A stretch of 56,968 bases of DNA from Luteolibacter sp. (lineage in GTDB: Bacteria; Verrucomicrobiota; Verrucomicrobiia; Verrucomicrobiales; Akkermansiaceae): assembly GCA_049430545.1 (NCBI GenBank), contig JBMTCD010000001.1, forward strand, positions 1-56,968. The letters are read 5' to 3'. This document shows, piece after piece, positions 26,604 to 35,647 of the stretch. Both the position numbers and the translations under genes were made by a program. The notes under the pieces are model-generated. The model saw only the letters and a program-made list of their open reading frames with translations. It had not been told where the DNA came from and searched no databases. Positions within the stretch are counted from its first letter, which is position 1. Each line of letters starts with the position of its first letter.

Positions 26604-29135
26604 TCAGGTTTCGGCCGTGGCCGGCTCGGGCGTGTCGATCCACCTGCCGTGTTCGCGGATCAGGTCGATGAGGCGCTCGACCGCCTCGTTTTCCGGAATG
26701 TTGAACTTCACGGCGGTCTTGCCGACGTAAAGGTTGATCTTGCCCGGCGCGCCGCCGACGTAGCCGAAATCCGCATCCGCCATCTCGCCCGGGCCGTTGA
26801 CAATGCAGCCCATCACGGCGATCCGCACGCCCTTGAGATGGCCGGTCGCGGCGCGGATTTTCTGGGTGGTGGATTGCAGGTTGAACAAGGTGCGGCCGCA
26901 GCTCGGGCACGCGACGTAGTCGGTCTTGAAAATGCGCGCGCCGGCCGCCTGCAGGATGTTGTAGGCAAGCCGCAGCGACTGCCCCGGCGCGGTTTCGCCC
27001 CGCACCAGCACCGCGTCACCGATGCCGTCGCACAACAGCGAGCCAAGGTTTTGCGCGGCGCTGAGCAGGGTGGGGAGGAAATCGCGGTTTTCCCGCGGCG
27101 GATCGAGCGTGTCCTTCAACAAGACCGGGTGCCGCGCGGCCACCCGCCCGGCCAGCAGCCGGAACGCGGGGATGACCGCCATTCCCACATGATCCGCCAC
27201 TGTCACCAGGCATGGCTCTACGCGTGCGTTGACCGCCGCCACCGCATCCTCATCCCGCGGATCGATCTCCACCACACCGGCCTTCTCGATGATGATCTCC
27301 GGCTTGAAATCGCCCATCGATGCAATCTTGTGGGCCAGCGCGTTCCAGCGGTCCTGCGTGGTGAAGACGCGCACCGTGTTCTCGCCGCCAAGCTCATGCC
27401 CCATGATCGTGACCGCAGAGCTACGACGCCTTTCGTAGGAAAACGGATTGTAGGACGGGGTGAAAGTAACAGTGGCTGCGGCGTCACGCCGCAGGCCGTG
27501 GTCGCGGCGTCCCGCCGCGATATCATCATAAACACAACCGACCCAGGGCCAATCAGCCGACAGCTTGCGCGGATTGTTCAACACATACAGCACCTGATTG
27601 CGCAAGTCGTCGCCATCGCGCACGAGATGGTCATAACTCTCCTTCTGCCAAACCTGACTGCTATGACCGGACAGTTTGTTGATCTCATGGGCGGTAAAGC
27701 TCTTCCATGAATGCAAAACCTTCTCCAGATCCACACCGGTGTAGGTTCTGACCACCACATGCACATGGTTGGGCATCACACACCAGGCGAGCAAATCGTA
27801 ACATTGTCCGTCGAAGTGCCGCAGCGCGTCCGAGACAATTTGTGCGTTGTCGGAATCACGCAGGACGCATGAGCCATGGCCGCGGTCGAGTTCGGGATCG
27901 AGTTCGGCTTCTTGCATTGCCGCAAGCTCCGCGCGGATTTCCAGCATTCGGCCGACAACGCTGCGTGAGCCGGCGGATCGGGCGAAACCCGCCAGCTTCT
28001 CCAGTAAAATTTGCCGCTTGCACCGCAACTTGTCGAAAACCTCATCCGGCAGCGAGTCCGCCAGACGGAAGGTCACTGCATAAGTGCCACCATTGAGTTT
28101 CCAATGAGGCAGGAAACCGGCGTCGGATTTCTCGACCATTTCCCAGTCGATGCGGATGGATCCGATGTCGTCCTTGATGGAACGGCCGCAGGACGCGGCC
28201 GCCACGGCCTGCGGCGAGACGCCGCAGCCACTTGTAACATTGTATGGTTCCACCATAGCCTGCGCCACGGGGATTTCGTGCACCGAATCTTCCGTCAGCG
28301 AGACCCGCACGGTGTCGCCGATGCCATCGGCGAGCAGCGAGCCGATGCCGATGGCGCTCTTGATGCGGCCGTCCTCGCCGTCACCGGCCTCGGTCACGCC
28401 AAGATGGATCGGATAATTCCAATCAGACCCTTCCGCATCGAGCCGCGCGACAAGCAGCCGGTAGGCCTCGATCATCACCTTCGGGTTGCTCGCCTTCATC
28501 GAGAACACGAAGTTGTGGTATCCGTGATCGCGCGCGATGCGGGCGAATTCCAGCGCGCTCTCCACCATGCCGAGCGGCGTGTCGCCGTAGCGGTTCATGA
28601 TCCGGTCCGAGAGCGACCCATGGTTGGTGCCGATGCGCATGGCGCGGCCGAGTTCCTTGCACAGCTTCACCAGCGGGGTGAATTCCTCGCGGATGCGCTG
28701 CAGCTCCTCCTGGTATTGCGCGTCGGTGTATTCGCGGATTTCGAACTTCTTCTTGTCGGCGTAGTTGCCCGGGTTCACCCGGATTTTTTCCACCCACCTG
28801 GCGGCTTCGAGCGCTGCATCGGGCTTGAAATGGATGTCCGCCACCAGCGGAACCTCACAGCCGGCGGCACGGACCTCGCGCGCGATGTTTTCCAGATTCG
28901 CCGCGTAAACCTTCGTCTGCGCGGTGATGCGCACGATCTCGCAGCCGGCATCCGCCAGCTCCAGCACCTCGCGCACACAGGCGGCCGTGTCGCGCGTGTC
29001 CGTGGTGATCATCGATTGCACCCGGATCGGGTTTCCTCCGCCCAGGCCGAGGTGGCCCACCCTCACCTCGCGCGTCGCCCGGCGCGAGTAGCGGAGCAAA
29101 TCAGGGCAATAGCGGAGCAGCGCGGAATCGATCAT
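26604..29135 (-). CDS. ispG: (E)-4-hydroxy-3-methylbut-2-enyl-diphosphate synthase, three-domain type, with an in-frame transposase insertion
   Basis: PIRVQSM, VADIHF, RVNPGN, RIGTNHGSL, HLGVTEAG, GDTVRVSLT, CPSCGRT, AVMGCIVNGPGE; frame open across a 256-codon insert. Confidence 0.95.
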   Translation of the reverse strand: MIDSALLRYCPDLLRYSRRATREVRVGHLGLGGGNPIRVQSMITTDTRDTAACVREVLELADAGCEIVRITAQTKVYAANLENIAREVRAAGCEVPLVADIHFKPDAALEAARWVEKIRVNPGNYADKKKFEIREYTDAQYQEELQRIREEFTPLVKLCKELGRAMRIGTNHGSLSDRIMNRYGDTPLGMVESALEFARIARDHGYHNFVFSMKASNPKVMIEAYRLLVARLDAEGSDWNYPIHLGVTEAGDGEDGRIKSAIGIGSLLADGIGDTVRVSLTEDSVHEIPVAQAMVEPYNVTSGCGVSPQAVAAASCGRSIKDDIGSIRIDWEMVEKSDAGFLPHWKLNGGTYAVTFRLADSLPDEVFDKLRCKRQILLEKLAGFARSAGSRSVVGRMLEIRAELAAMQEAELDPELDRGHGSCVLRDSDNAQIVSDALRHFDGQCYDLLAWCVMPNHVHVVVRTYTGVDLEKVLHSWKSFTAHEINKLSGHSSQVWQKESYDHLVRDGDDLRNQVLYVLNNPRKLSADWPWVGCVYDDIAAGRRDHGLRRDAAATVTFTPSYNPFSYERRRSSAVTIMGHELGGENTVRVFTTQDRWNALAHKIASMGDFKPEIIIEKAGVVEIDPRDEDAVAAVNARVEPCLVTVADHVGMAVIPAFRLLAGRVAARHPVLLKDTLDPPRENRDFLPTLLSAAQNLGSLLCDGIGDAVLVRGETAPGQSLRLAYNILQAAGARIFKTDYVACPSCGRTLFNLQSTTQKIRAATGHLKGVRIAVMGCIVNGPGEMADADFGYVGGAPGKINLYVGKTAVKFNIPENEAVERLIDLIREHGRWIDTPEPATAET
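27472..27520 (+). repeat. two tandem GTGG-led REP hairpins (one end of the insert)
   Basis: GTGG-CTGCGGCG-TCA-CGCCGCAG and GTGG-TCGCGGCG-TCC-CGCCGCGA. Confidence 0.85.
28183..28231 (-). repeat. two tandem GTGG-led REP hairpins (other end, inverted)
   Basis: minus strand GTGG-CTGCGGCG-TCT-CGCCGCAG and GTGG-CGGCCGCG-TCC-TGCGGCCG. Confidence 0.85.
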
Positions 29136-29363
29136 CGTCACGGCGGCTATAGCCGAGGAATCCGCCCGCGGCAACGCCGACAATCGCCCGGAATCGCCCG
29201 CTGCCCGGCCATGGCGGCAATTCATGCGCGGAAAATCATCAGCTGAGCCCGCCCGGCGGAATTTTTTCCCTAGCCCGCGGGCGGAAGCCGATTAACCTCC
29301 CGGCGTCGTCCGGAGTTTCCGCAGACACTTCCCGGCGGCCACCGGTTCCAGCGCATTTCCACC

Positions 29364-30122
29364 ATGAATCTGACACTCAAAGTTTGGCGACAAGCCGGGC
29401 CGCAGGCCCAGGGCAGGATCGAAACCTACGAGGCCAAGGACATTCCCGCAGAAGCCTCGTTCCTGGAAATGCTCGACATCGTCAACGAGCGCCTCGTCCT
29501 CGATGGCCAGGAGCCGATCCACTTCGACCACGACTGCCGCGAGGGCATCTGCGGCACCTGCTCGCTCACCATCAACGGCATCCCGCACGGCAAGGAGCGC
29601 GGCATCACCACCTGCCAGGTTCACATGCGCAAGTTCCGCGACGGCGACACCATCTGGATCGAGCCGTTCCGCGCCAACCCCTTCCCGGTCATCCGCGACC
29701 TGATTGTGGACCGCAACGCCTTCGACCGCATCATCGCCGCCGGCGGCTACATCGACGTCCGCACCGGCTCGGCCGTGGACGCCAATGCCATCCCGATTCC
29801 TAAGGACAAGGCGGACGCCTCCTTCGACGCCGCCGCCTGCATCGGCTGCGGGGCCTGCGTGGCCTCCTGCAAGAACGCCAGTGCCATGCTCTTCGTCGCC
29901 GCCAAGGTCTCCCACCTCGGCCACCTGCCGCAGGGCCAGCCGGAACGCGACAAGCGCGTGCTCGCCATGGTCCGCCAGATGGACGCCGAGGGCTTCGGCA
30001 ACTGCACCAACCAATACGAGTGCGAGGCCGCCTGCCCGAAGGAAATCAGCGTGGACCACATCGCCCGCCTCAACCGCGACTACGCCGCCGCCGTCGTGCG
30101 CGAGCAGCTCGTCGCCCCGTGA
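29364..30122 (+). CDS. sdhB: succinate dehydrogenase/fumarate reductase iron-sulfur subunit
   Basis: [33 protein letters not shown]. Confidence 0.93.
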   Translation: MNLTLKVWRQAGPQAQGRIETYEAKDIPAEASFLEMLDIVNERLVLDGQEPIHFDHDCREGICGTCSLTINGIPHGKERGITTCQVHMRKFRDGDTIWIEPFRANPFPVIRDLIVDRNAFDRIIAAGGYIDVRTGSAVDANAIPIPKDKADASFDAAACIGCGACVASCKNASAMLFVAAKVSHLGHLPQGQPERDKRVLAMVRQMDAEGFGNCTNQYECEAACPKEISVDHIARLNRDYAAAVVREQLVAP

Positions 30123-30246
30123 CCGCAGGTTTCAACCCGGATGCCGCAATTGAAGCCACGGATTCCATGATCATGGATCAAAACCTCCAGGCCCGGGAGG
30201 CAGGCGAAAGGTGGATATTGGGCAAAATGAACCGTTGTCCAGCCGG

Positions 30247-32217
30247 TCACGCATCGATCCCGAGCTTCGCCCGCACCTTCTCGATCTCGTCCGAGAGTGC
30301 GCCCCAGCGGGAGTAGCTGTTTTCGAGCTTGGTGGTGATCGTGGCCACGGCGTGGGTGGCTTCACGGAACTGGTCGGGATCGGCGGCGATTTCCGGAGTC
30401 GATAGCGCGGCGGTGAGGGTGGCTTGGGCTGCCTCGAATTCGGCGATCTTTGTTTCGAGCGCCTCGAGTTCGTTTTCCAGCGGCTTGAGCAGTTTGTTGC
30501 GGGCCTCGCGGGCCTCGGCCTCGGCGCGGCGCTGGTCCTTGCGGGATATGGATGCGGTGTTGGCGGTCTTGGAAGATGCGGGCGAGACGCCCACGCTCCC
30601 TTGTTTTTCCGCCGCGGTTTTTTCAAGATAGTAGGTGATGTTTCCCGAAAACAGGCGCGGCTGCTCGCCGGGGCGGAATTCGAGCGTCTTGGTGACCAGC
30701 GGGTCGAGGAACGAGCGGTTGTGCGAAACGATCAGCACGCTGCCGGGGTAATCGACGAGCGCGCGCTGGAGGACGTCCTGCGATTGCATGTCGAGGTGGT
30801 TGGTCGGCTCGTCGAGGATCAGGAAATTCGCCGGGCGCAGCAGCATGCAGACGAGCGCCACGCGCGAGCGCTCGCCGCCGGACAGCACGCCCACCTTCTT
30901 GAACACGTCGTCGCCGCGGAACAGGAAGCAGCCCAGCAGATTCCGCGCATGCGGGGCCGACTCGCGCGAGGCGGCGGCCTCGACGGTTTCGAGCACGGTG
31001 CGAGTGGGATCCAACTCGTCGGCGTGGTTCTGCGAGAAAAACGAGCAGGCGACCTTGTGGCCGAAGGCGTGGCTGCCGGCATCGGGCGTTTCCTGTGCGG
31101 TGATGAGGCGGCAGAAGGTCGATTTCCCCGCGCCATTGGGGCCGACGATGGCGATTTTCTCACCCTTGCTGATTTCGAAATCGAAGCCGCTGAAAATGGT
31201 CAGAGGGCCGTATTTCTTCGCGACGCCATCGAGTTTCGCGACCATGTGGCCGGCGGCCGGCGGCGGCGGAAACTTGAAGTTCATCACCGCATCCTCGCGC
31301 TCGGGCTCGGGGATGCGCTCGATTTTCTCCAGCATCTTGATGCGCGACTGGACGAGCGTCGCCTTGTTGGCGGAGGCGCGGAAGCGGTCGATGAAGCGCT
31401 GGATCTCGGCGATCTCGCGTTGCTGGGATTCGTATTGTTTGCGCTGGGTCTCGCGGCGGATCACCGACTCACGCTCGAACCAGGAGAAATTCCCCGCGTA
31501 TTCCTCGGCGCGGCCGTTGGAGAAGGCGATGGTGCGGGTGCAGAGTTTGTCCAACAGGCCGCGGTCGTGGGAAATCAGGATGATGGCGCCGGGATAGTTG
31601 AAGAGATAGTTTTCCATCCACACCTGGGTGTCGATGTCCAGGTGGTTGGTCGGCTCGTCGAGCAGCAACACTTCGGGTTCCTGAAGGAACAGTTTCGCCA
31701 TCGCGATGCGCATCTGCCAGCCGCCGGAAAACTCGGCGCAGTCGCGGGTGAAGTCCTTTTCCTTGAACCCGAGACCCTTGAGCACCGACTCGATGCGCGG
31801 CTTCATCCGCGCGGGGTCGGCGGAGTCGAGCTTGAGTTCGAGTTCGCCGATTTCCTCCAGCAGTTCGGCATAGGGCGACGAGCGGGGATCGAGTTTCGCG
31901 AGTTCGTGCGAGAGGCAGTCGATCTTTTCGCGCAGGGCGAGGGTTTCGCCGAAGGCGGATTCCGTTTCCTGCCACAGGGTGCGGCCGCGGACGTGGATGC
32001 CTTCCTGTGGCAGGTATCCGGCGCGCGTGCCCTTGGGCATGACCACCGCCCCGCCGCTGGGCGGCAGGATGCCGGCGATGCATTTCATGAGCGTGGATTT
32101 CCCCGCGCCGTTGTGGCCGGCGAAGGCGATCCGCTCGCGCGGCTGCACGGTGAACGAGAGGTTCTGGAAAAGCACGCGGGCGCCGAACTCGACGCGCAAT
32201 GACTGGACGGAAATCAC
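30247..32217 (-). CDS. ABC-F family ATPase
   Basis: two NBDs (GHNGAGKST/FSGGWQMR/DEPTNHLD; GPNGAGKST/LSGGE), no TM, C-terminal coiled coil; GTG start. Confidence 0.93.
   Translation of the reverse strand: MISVQSLRVEFGARVLFQNLSFTVQPRERIAFAGHNGAGKSTLMKCIAGILPPSGGAVVMPKGTRAGYLPQEGIHVRGRTLWQETESAFGETLALREKIDCLSHELAKLDPRSSPYAELLEEIGELELKLDSADPARMKPRIESVLKGLGFKEKDFTRDCAEFSGGWQMRIAMAKLFLQEPEVLLLDEPTNHLDIDTQVWMENYLFNYPGAIILISHDRGLLDKLCTRTIAFSNGRAEEYAGNFSWFERESVIRRETQRKQYESQQREIAEIQRFIDRFRASANKATLVQSRIKMLEKIERIPEPEREDAVMNFKFPPPPAAGHMVAKLDGVAKKYGPLTIFSGFDFEISKGEKIAIVGPNGAGKSTFCRLITAQETPDAGSHAFGHKVACSFFSQNHADELDPTRTVLETVEAAASRESAPHARNLLGCFLFRGDDVFKKVGVLSGGERSRVALVCMLLRPANFLILDEPTNHLDMQSQDVLQRALVDYPGSVLIVSHNRSFLDPLVTKTLEFRPGEQPRLFSGNITYYLEKTAAEKQGSVGVSPASSKTANTASISRKDQRRAEAEAREARNKLLKPLENELEALETKIAEFEAAQATLTAALSTPEIAADPDQFREATHAVATITTKLENSYSRWGALSDEIEKVRAKLGIDA
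30577..30599 (-). repeat. solitary REP-like hairpin read in frame in the ABC-F linker
   Basis: minus strand GGAG-CGTGGGCG-TCT-CGCCCGCA, encoding GSVGVSPA. Confidence 0.65.
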
Positions 32218-32311
32218 GGGGGCGGAGCTTGCACGGGTGGACCGGTGGGTCAACTCCGCGCTCCCCATCTTTCCGCTTTCCGTGGTTTCCGGAAACCGCC
32301 ACGCTGTGTCC

Positions 32312-32809
32312 ATGGATGCGGCGATCAAGGAGCGTGTGGACGAGTTCATCCGGCGCAAGGGATTGCGGCGCACGGGCCAGCGCGACCAGATCATCGAGTC
32401 GGTGTTTTCCAAGGACGAGCATTTTACCGCGGAGGAATTGTTCGACCGCGTGCGCAAGAGCAGCAGCGACATCTCGCGGGCCACGGTTTACCGCACGCTG
32501 GCGCTGCTAGTGGAGGCCGACCTGCTGCGCGAAATCGACCTCGGCGACAACCAGACGACCTATGATCCCAACTTCCTCGACAAGCCCTCGCACAACCACC
32601 TAGTCTGCATCGACTGCGGCCGGGTGGTGGAGTTTGAGGACAGCCACATCGACCTGCTCAACGACTGCGTGACGCGCCGGCTCGGATTCCGTCCGGTGCG
32701 CCAGACGCTCAAGATCGAGGCCAGTTGCGAGCAACTGCGCCTCAAGGGCCGCTGCCCGAACCTGATTGCCTCGCGCCTCAGCGGCAAACGGCTGCGGAGG
32801 AAACGCTGA
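32312..32809 (+). CDS. Fur family transcriptional regulator
   Basis: HFTAEEL, SRATVYRTL, HNHLVCIDCGRVVEF. Confidence 0.92.
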   Translation: MDAAIKERVDEFIRRKGLRRTGQRDQIIESVFSKDEHFTAEELFDRVRKSSSDISRATVYRTLALLVEADLLREIDLGDNQTTYDPNFLDKPSHNHLVCIDCGRVVEFEDSHIDLLNDCVTRRLGFRPVRQTLKIEASCEQLRLKGRCPNLIASRLSGKRLRRKR

Positions 32810-32813
32810 GCGT

Positions 32814-33806
32814 TCATAAAAGCAACATGCAATCGCCGTAGCTGTAGAACCGGTAGCGCTCCGCCACCGCCTCGCGATAGGCCTCCAGCACCAGCTCGCG
32901 GCCGGCGAAGGCGCTCACCAGCATCAGCAGCGTGCTTTGCGGCAGGTGGAAATTGGTGAGCAGCGCGTCCACCGCCCGGAACTGGTGCGGCGGGTGGATG
33001 AAGATGTCGGTTTGCCCGGATTGGTCCGCTTCACGGATGCGTGAGCCGCCGCCATCGCAGGCCAGCGTTTCCAGCACGCGTGTGACGGTGGTGCCGATGG
33101 CGAGCACGCGGCCGGAGGAGTTGATACGTCGCGCGGTCTCCGCGCTGACCGCATATCTTTCCGAATGCATGACATGGTCGGAAACCACCTCCGCCTTGAC
33201 CGGGCGGAACGTCCCGACGCCGACGTGCAGCGTGAGAAACGTGTGTGGAAGTGACGCCAGCATTTCCGGTGTGAAATGCAATCCCGCGGTGGGCGCGGCG
33301 ATCGCCCCCTCCTCCTTGGCATAGACGGTCTGATAGCGCTCCCGGTCCTCCGCCTCGTCGTCGCGGCCCATGTAGTGCGGCAGCGCGAGATGGCCGTGCG
33401 CCTGCATGTCCGGCGGCGTGTCCCACTGGATCAGGCGGTCGCCGTTTTCATATATCTCCCTCACCACTCCGCGCGAGCCGCCGACCGTGACCTCGCGGCC
33501 GGGTTTCATGCGCTTGCCGGGGCGCACGAGGCAGCGCCAGTCGTGAGATGAGATCCGGTCGAGACACAGCAGCTCGGTCTTGCCATCGTCGGAAAAAAAC
33601 CGTGCGGGGATGACCCGGGTGTCGTTGAGCACGAGCAGGTCGTCCGCCTGCACGAGCTGCGGGAACCCGCGGAACATCCGGTGCTCGATGCGTCCTTCCG
33701 CGCGGTGGACCACCATCATGCGCGATGCGGCGCGGTCCGCCAACGGCCGCGAGGCGATCAATTGCTCCGGCAGGTGATAGTCATAATCGCGGGTGCGGGT
33801 GGACAT
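32814..33806 (-). CDS. queA: S-adenosylmethionine:tRNA ribosyltransferase-isomerase
   Basis: YQTVYA, AAPTAGLHF, LHVGVGTF, TNFHLPQST, YRFYSYGD. Confidence 0.97.
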   Translation of the reverse strand: MSTRTRDYDYHLPEQLIASRPLADRAASRMMVVHRAEGRIEHRMFRGFPQLVQADDLLVLNDTRVIPARFFSDDGKTELLCLDRISSHDWRCLVRPGKRMKPGREVTVGGSRGVVREIYENGDRLIQWDTPPDMQAHGHLALPHYMGRDDEAEDRERYQTVYAKEEGAIAAPTAGLHFTPEMLASLPHTFLTLHVGVGTFRPVKAEVVSDHVMHSERYAVSAETARRINSSGRVLAIGTTVTRVLETLACDGGGSRIREADQSGQTDIFIHPPHQFRAVDALLTNFHLPQSTLLMLVSAFAGRELVLEAYREAVAERYRFYSYGDCMLLL

Positions 33807-33815
33807 GCGTGAAGT

Positions 33816-35543
33816 TCACTTCTTTTTCCGCAGGAAGGGCGGGAGGTCGAGGTCTTCGCCGTCATAGACGTTGGGGCTCTCGCCCTCGAAGCGGCCGCGC
33901 GGGGCGGAGTCCAGCGAGAGTTCGCTTTGCGCGCCGCCGGTCTTGACGCCGAGTTTGAGCTTGGGCGCATCGGTTTCGAGTTCCGCGGATTTCGAGACCC
34001 GGGCCGCTGCGGGCTCCGCGGTCTTGGGTCCGTTGGCGGAGGTCCATGGAGCGGCCCCCGGCGTGCGTTTCGGCGGCAGCGTGGAAAAACCGGCGGCCTC
34101 GAGATCGAGCTCATCAAGGCCCGTGGCCGCGTCATTCCATGGCTGCTCCGGGGAATCCTCCGCCGCAGGGACCTCGGCGGGCTTGGCGGCGGGGATTTTC
34201 TCCAATTCCTCCTCATCTTCATGCGGCATGGCGACGAACTCGGCGACCATGGTGGAGGCTTTCGCTGCCGGGGCGGGTTCCGCAGGTTCGGGGCTGTGGA
34301 TGGTTTCGGCGAACGGCATTTCATCATCGAACCACGCAGGCGTGGCGGCCGTGGCCGTGGATTTGGCGGGATTGACCGGCGGTCTCGCGGGTTCGGCTGG
34401 CGGGACCACGGGCTCCGGAATTTTGGCGACCGGCGCAGGCTCCACGGCCGGTTTTTCCTCGACTACGGGATCCGTAGTCGCGGCGACGGCGGTGAAGCCC
34501 TGGGAGGGATCGAGCAGCGGGTTGTCATCGTCGGAAGCGCGGCTGATCGAATCGCGCGGGGCCAATGCGAGCGTGTCCTCCGGCAGCGCGCTGATGAGCG
34601 TGATGGAAAGTGAGTCGCCCATGGCCGGATCGATCGCCGCGCCGAACAGGACGTGGGCCTTTTCCGGGACATGCTTGCCGAGGTTCTGCATGAGCAGCTC
34701 CACCTCGAAAAGCGTGAGGTCCTCACCGCCGCAGAGGTGCACGATGACGGTTTGCGCGTCCTTGAGGAGCGAGCCCTGATCGAGCAACGGGCTGGCGAGC
34801 GCGGCGCGCAGGGCCTTGGCCGCGCGGTCCTTGCCGGTGGCGATTCCGGAACCGAACAGGCAGCGCGAGCGCGTGGTGCGCAGCGCGCTCATCAGGTCGT
34901 CGAGTCCCACGTTGATGAGTCCCGGGCGGATGACGAGGCGCAGCACCGCCTTGATCGCCTCGCGGATCATGTGGTCGGCGGCGGTGAAGGCCTCGTGGAT
35001 GCCCTGTTTGGCGAGCACGAGTTCCCCCAGGCGGTTGTTGTCGAAGGTGACGAGCGCGTTGGAAAGCACCGCCAGCTCGTTGAGCGCGGTCTCGGCCTGT
35101 TCGCGGCGGCGGCGGCCTTCGAAGGCGAAGGGCATGGTGGCGAAAACGACGACGAAAGCGCCTTCCTCGCGGGCGATGCGGGTGACGATGGGAGCGGCGC
35201 CGGAGCCGGTGCCGCCGCCGAGGCCGACGCAGAGGAAAACGATGCGCCGGTCCTTGAGCGCGTCGCGCAGCGCTTGTTCCGCCTCGAGCACCGCCTGGTG
35301 GCCGAGGTCCGGATCGCCGCCGGTGCCGAGGCCCTTGGTCAGGTTCGCGCCGAGCTGGATTTTCTCCGGTGCCATGCACGAGCCGAGCGTGCGGATGTCG
35401 GTGTTGAGCGCGAGCAGCTCGGCACCCTCCATGCCGTCCAACGCGATGCGCTCGAGCATGTTGGTGCCCGCGCCGCCGAGACCGATGATTTTGACGGACG
35501 AGGCGGGGATGGTTTTCTGAGGATCGCGTGAGTAGGGAATCAT
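33816..35543 (-). CDS. ftsZ: cell division protein FtsZ with long C-terminal linker
   Basis: IIGLGGAG, NTD, GLGGGTGSG, PFAFEG, C-terminal DLDLPPFLRKKK. Confidence 0.95.
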   Translation of the reverse strand: MIPYSRDPQKTIPASSVKIIGLGGAGTNMLERIALDGMEGAELLALNTDIRTLGSCMAPEKIQLGANLTKGLGTGGDPDLGHQAVLEAEQALRDALKDRRIVFLCVGLGGGTGSGAAPIVTRIAREEGAFVVVFATMPFAFEGRRRREQAETALNELAVLSNALVTFDNNRLGELVLAKQGIHEAFTAADHMIREAIKAVLRLVIRPGLINVGLDDLMSALRTTRSRCLFGSGIATGKDRAAKALRAALASPLLDQGSLLKDAQTVIVHLCGGEDLTLFEVELLMQNLGKHVPEKAHVLFGAAIDPAMGDSLSITLISALPEDTLALAPRDSISRASDDDNPLLDPSQGFTAVAATTDPVVEEKPAVEPAPVAKIPEPVVPPAEPARPPVNPAKSTATAATPAWFDDEMPFAETIHSPEPAEPAPAAKASTMVAEFVAMPHEDEEELEKIPAAKPAEVPAAEDSPEQPWNDAATGLDELDLEAAGFSTLPPKRTPGAAPWTSANGPKTAEPAAARVSKSAELETDAPKLKLGVKTGGAQSELSLDSAPRGRFEGESPNVYDGEDLDLPPFLRKKK

Positions 35544-35546
35544 GAT

Positions 35547-35602
35547 GGATATTGGATTGCGGATTGCGGGTTGCGGATGGTCGATTGCGGATGGTCGTTG
35601 GA
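35547..35602. repeat. degenerate heptamer tandem repeat between ftsA and ftsZ
   Basis: GGATATT GGATTGC GGATTGC GGGTTGC GGATGGT CGATTGC GGATGGT CGTTGGA. Confidence 0.7.
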
Positions 35603-35647
35603 GGCCGGAGACTTGTCGGGTATCCACTGTCCAGGATCTTCGATCCC

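Larger units (their letters stand above)
27471..28233 (-). mobile_element. REP-flanked RAYT-like (HUH/Y1) transposase cassette inserted in frame in ispG
   Basis: LPHW..TYAVTFRLADSLP, WCVMPNHVH (HUH), SWKSFTA, WQKESYDH, YVLNNP; flanked by 31-bp inverted repeats; visibly more AT-rich than ispG. Confidence 0.9.

Noticed and set aside
27466-28239. Intein or group I/II intron interpretation of the ispG insert
   Set aside because: No Hint-domain blocks or terminal His-Asn, and almost the whole insert is transposase coding sequence, leaving no room for a ribozyme core.
30123-30160. Imperfect hairpin CCGCAGGTTTCAA...TTGAAGCCACGG after sdhB
   Set aside because: Too degenerate to call as a REP or terminator.
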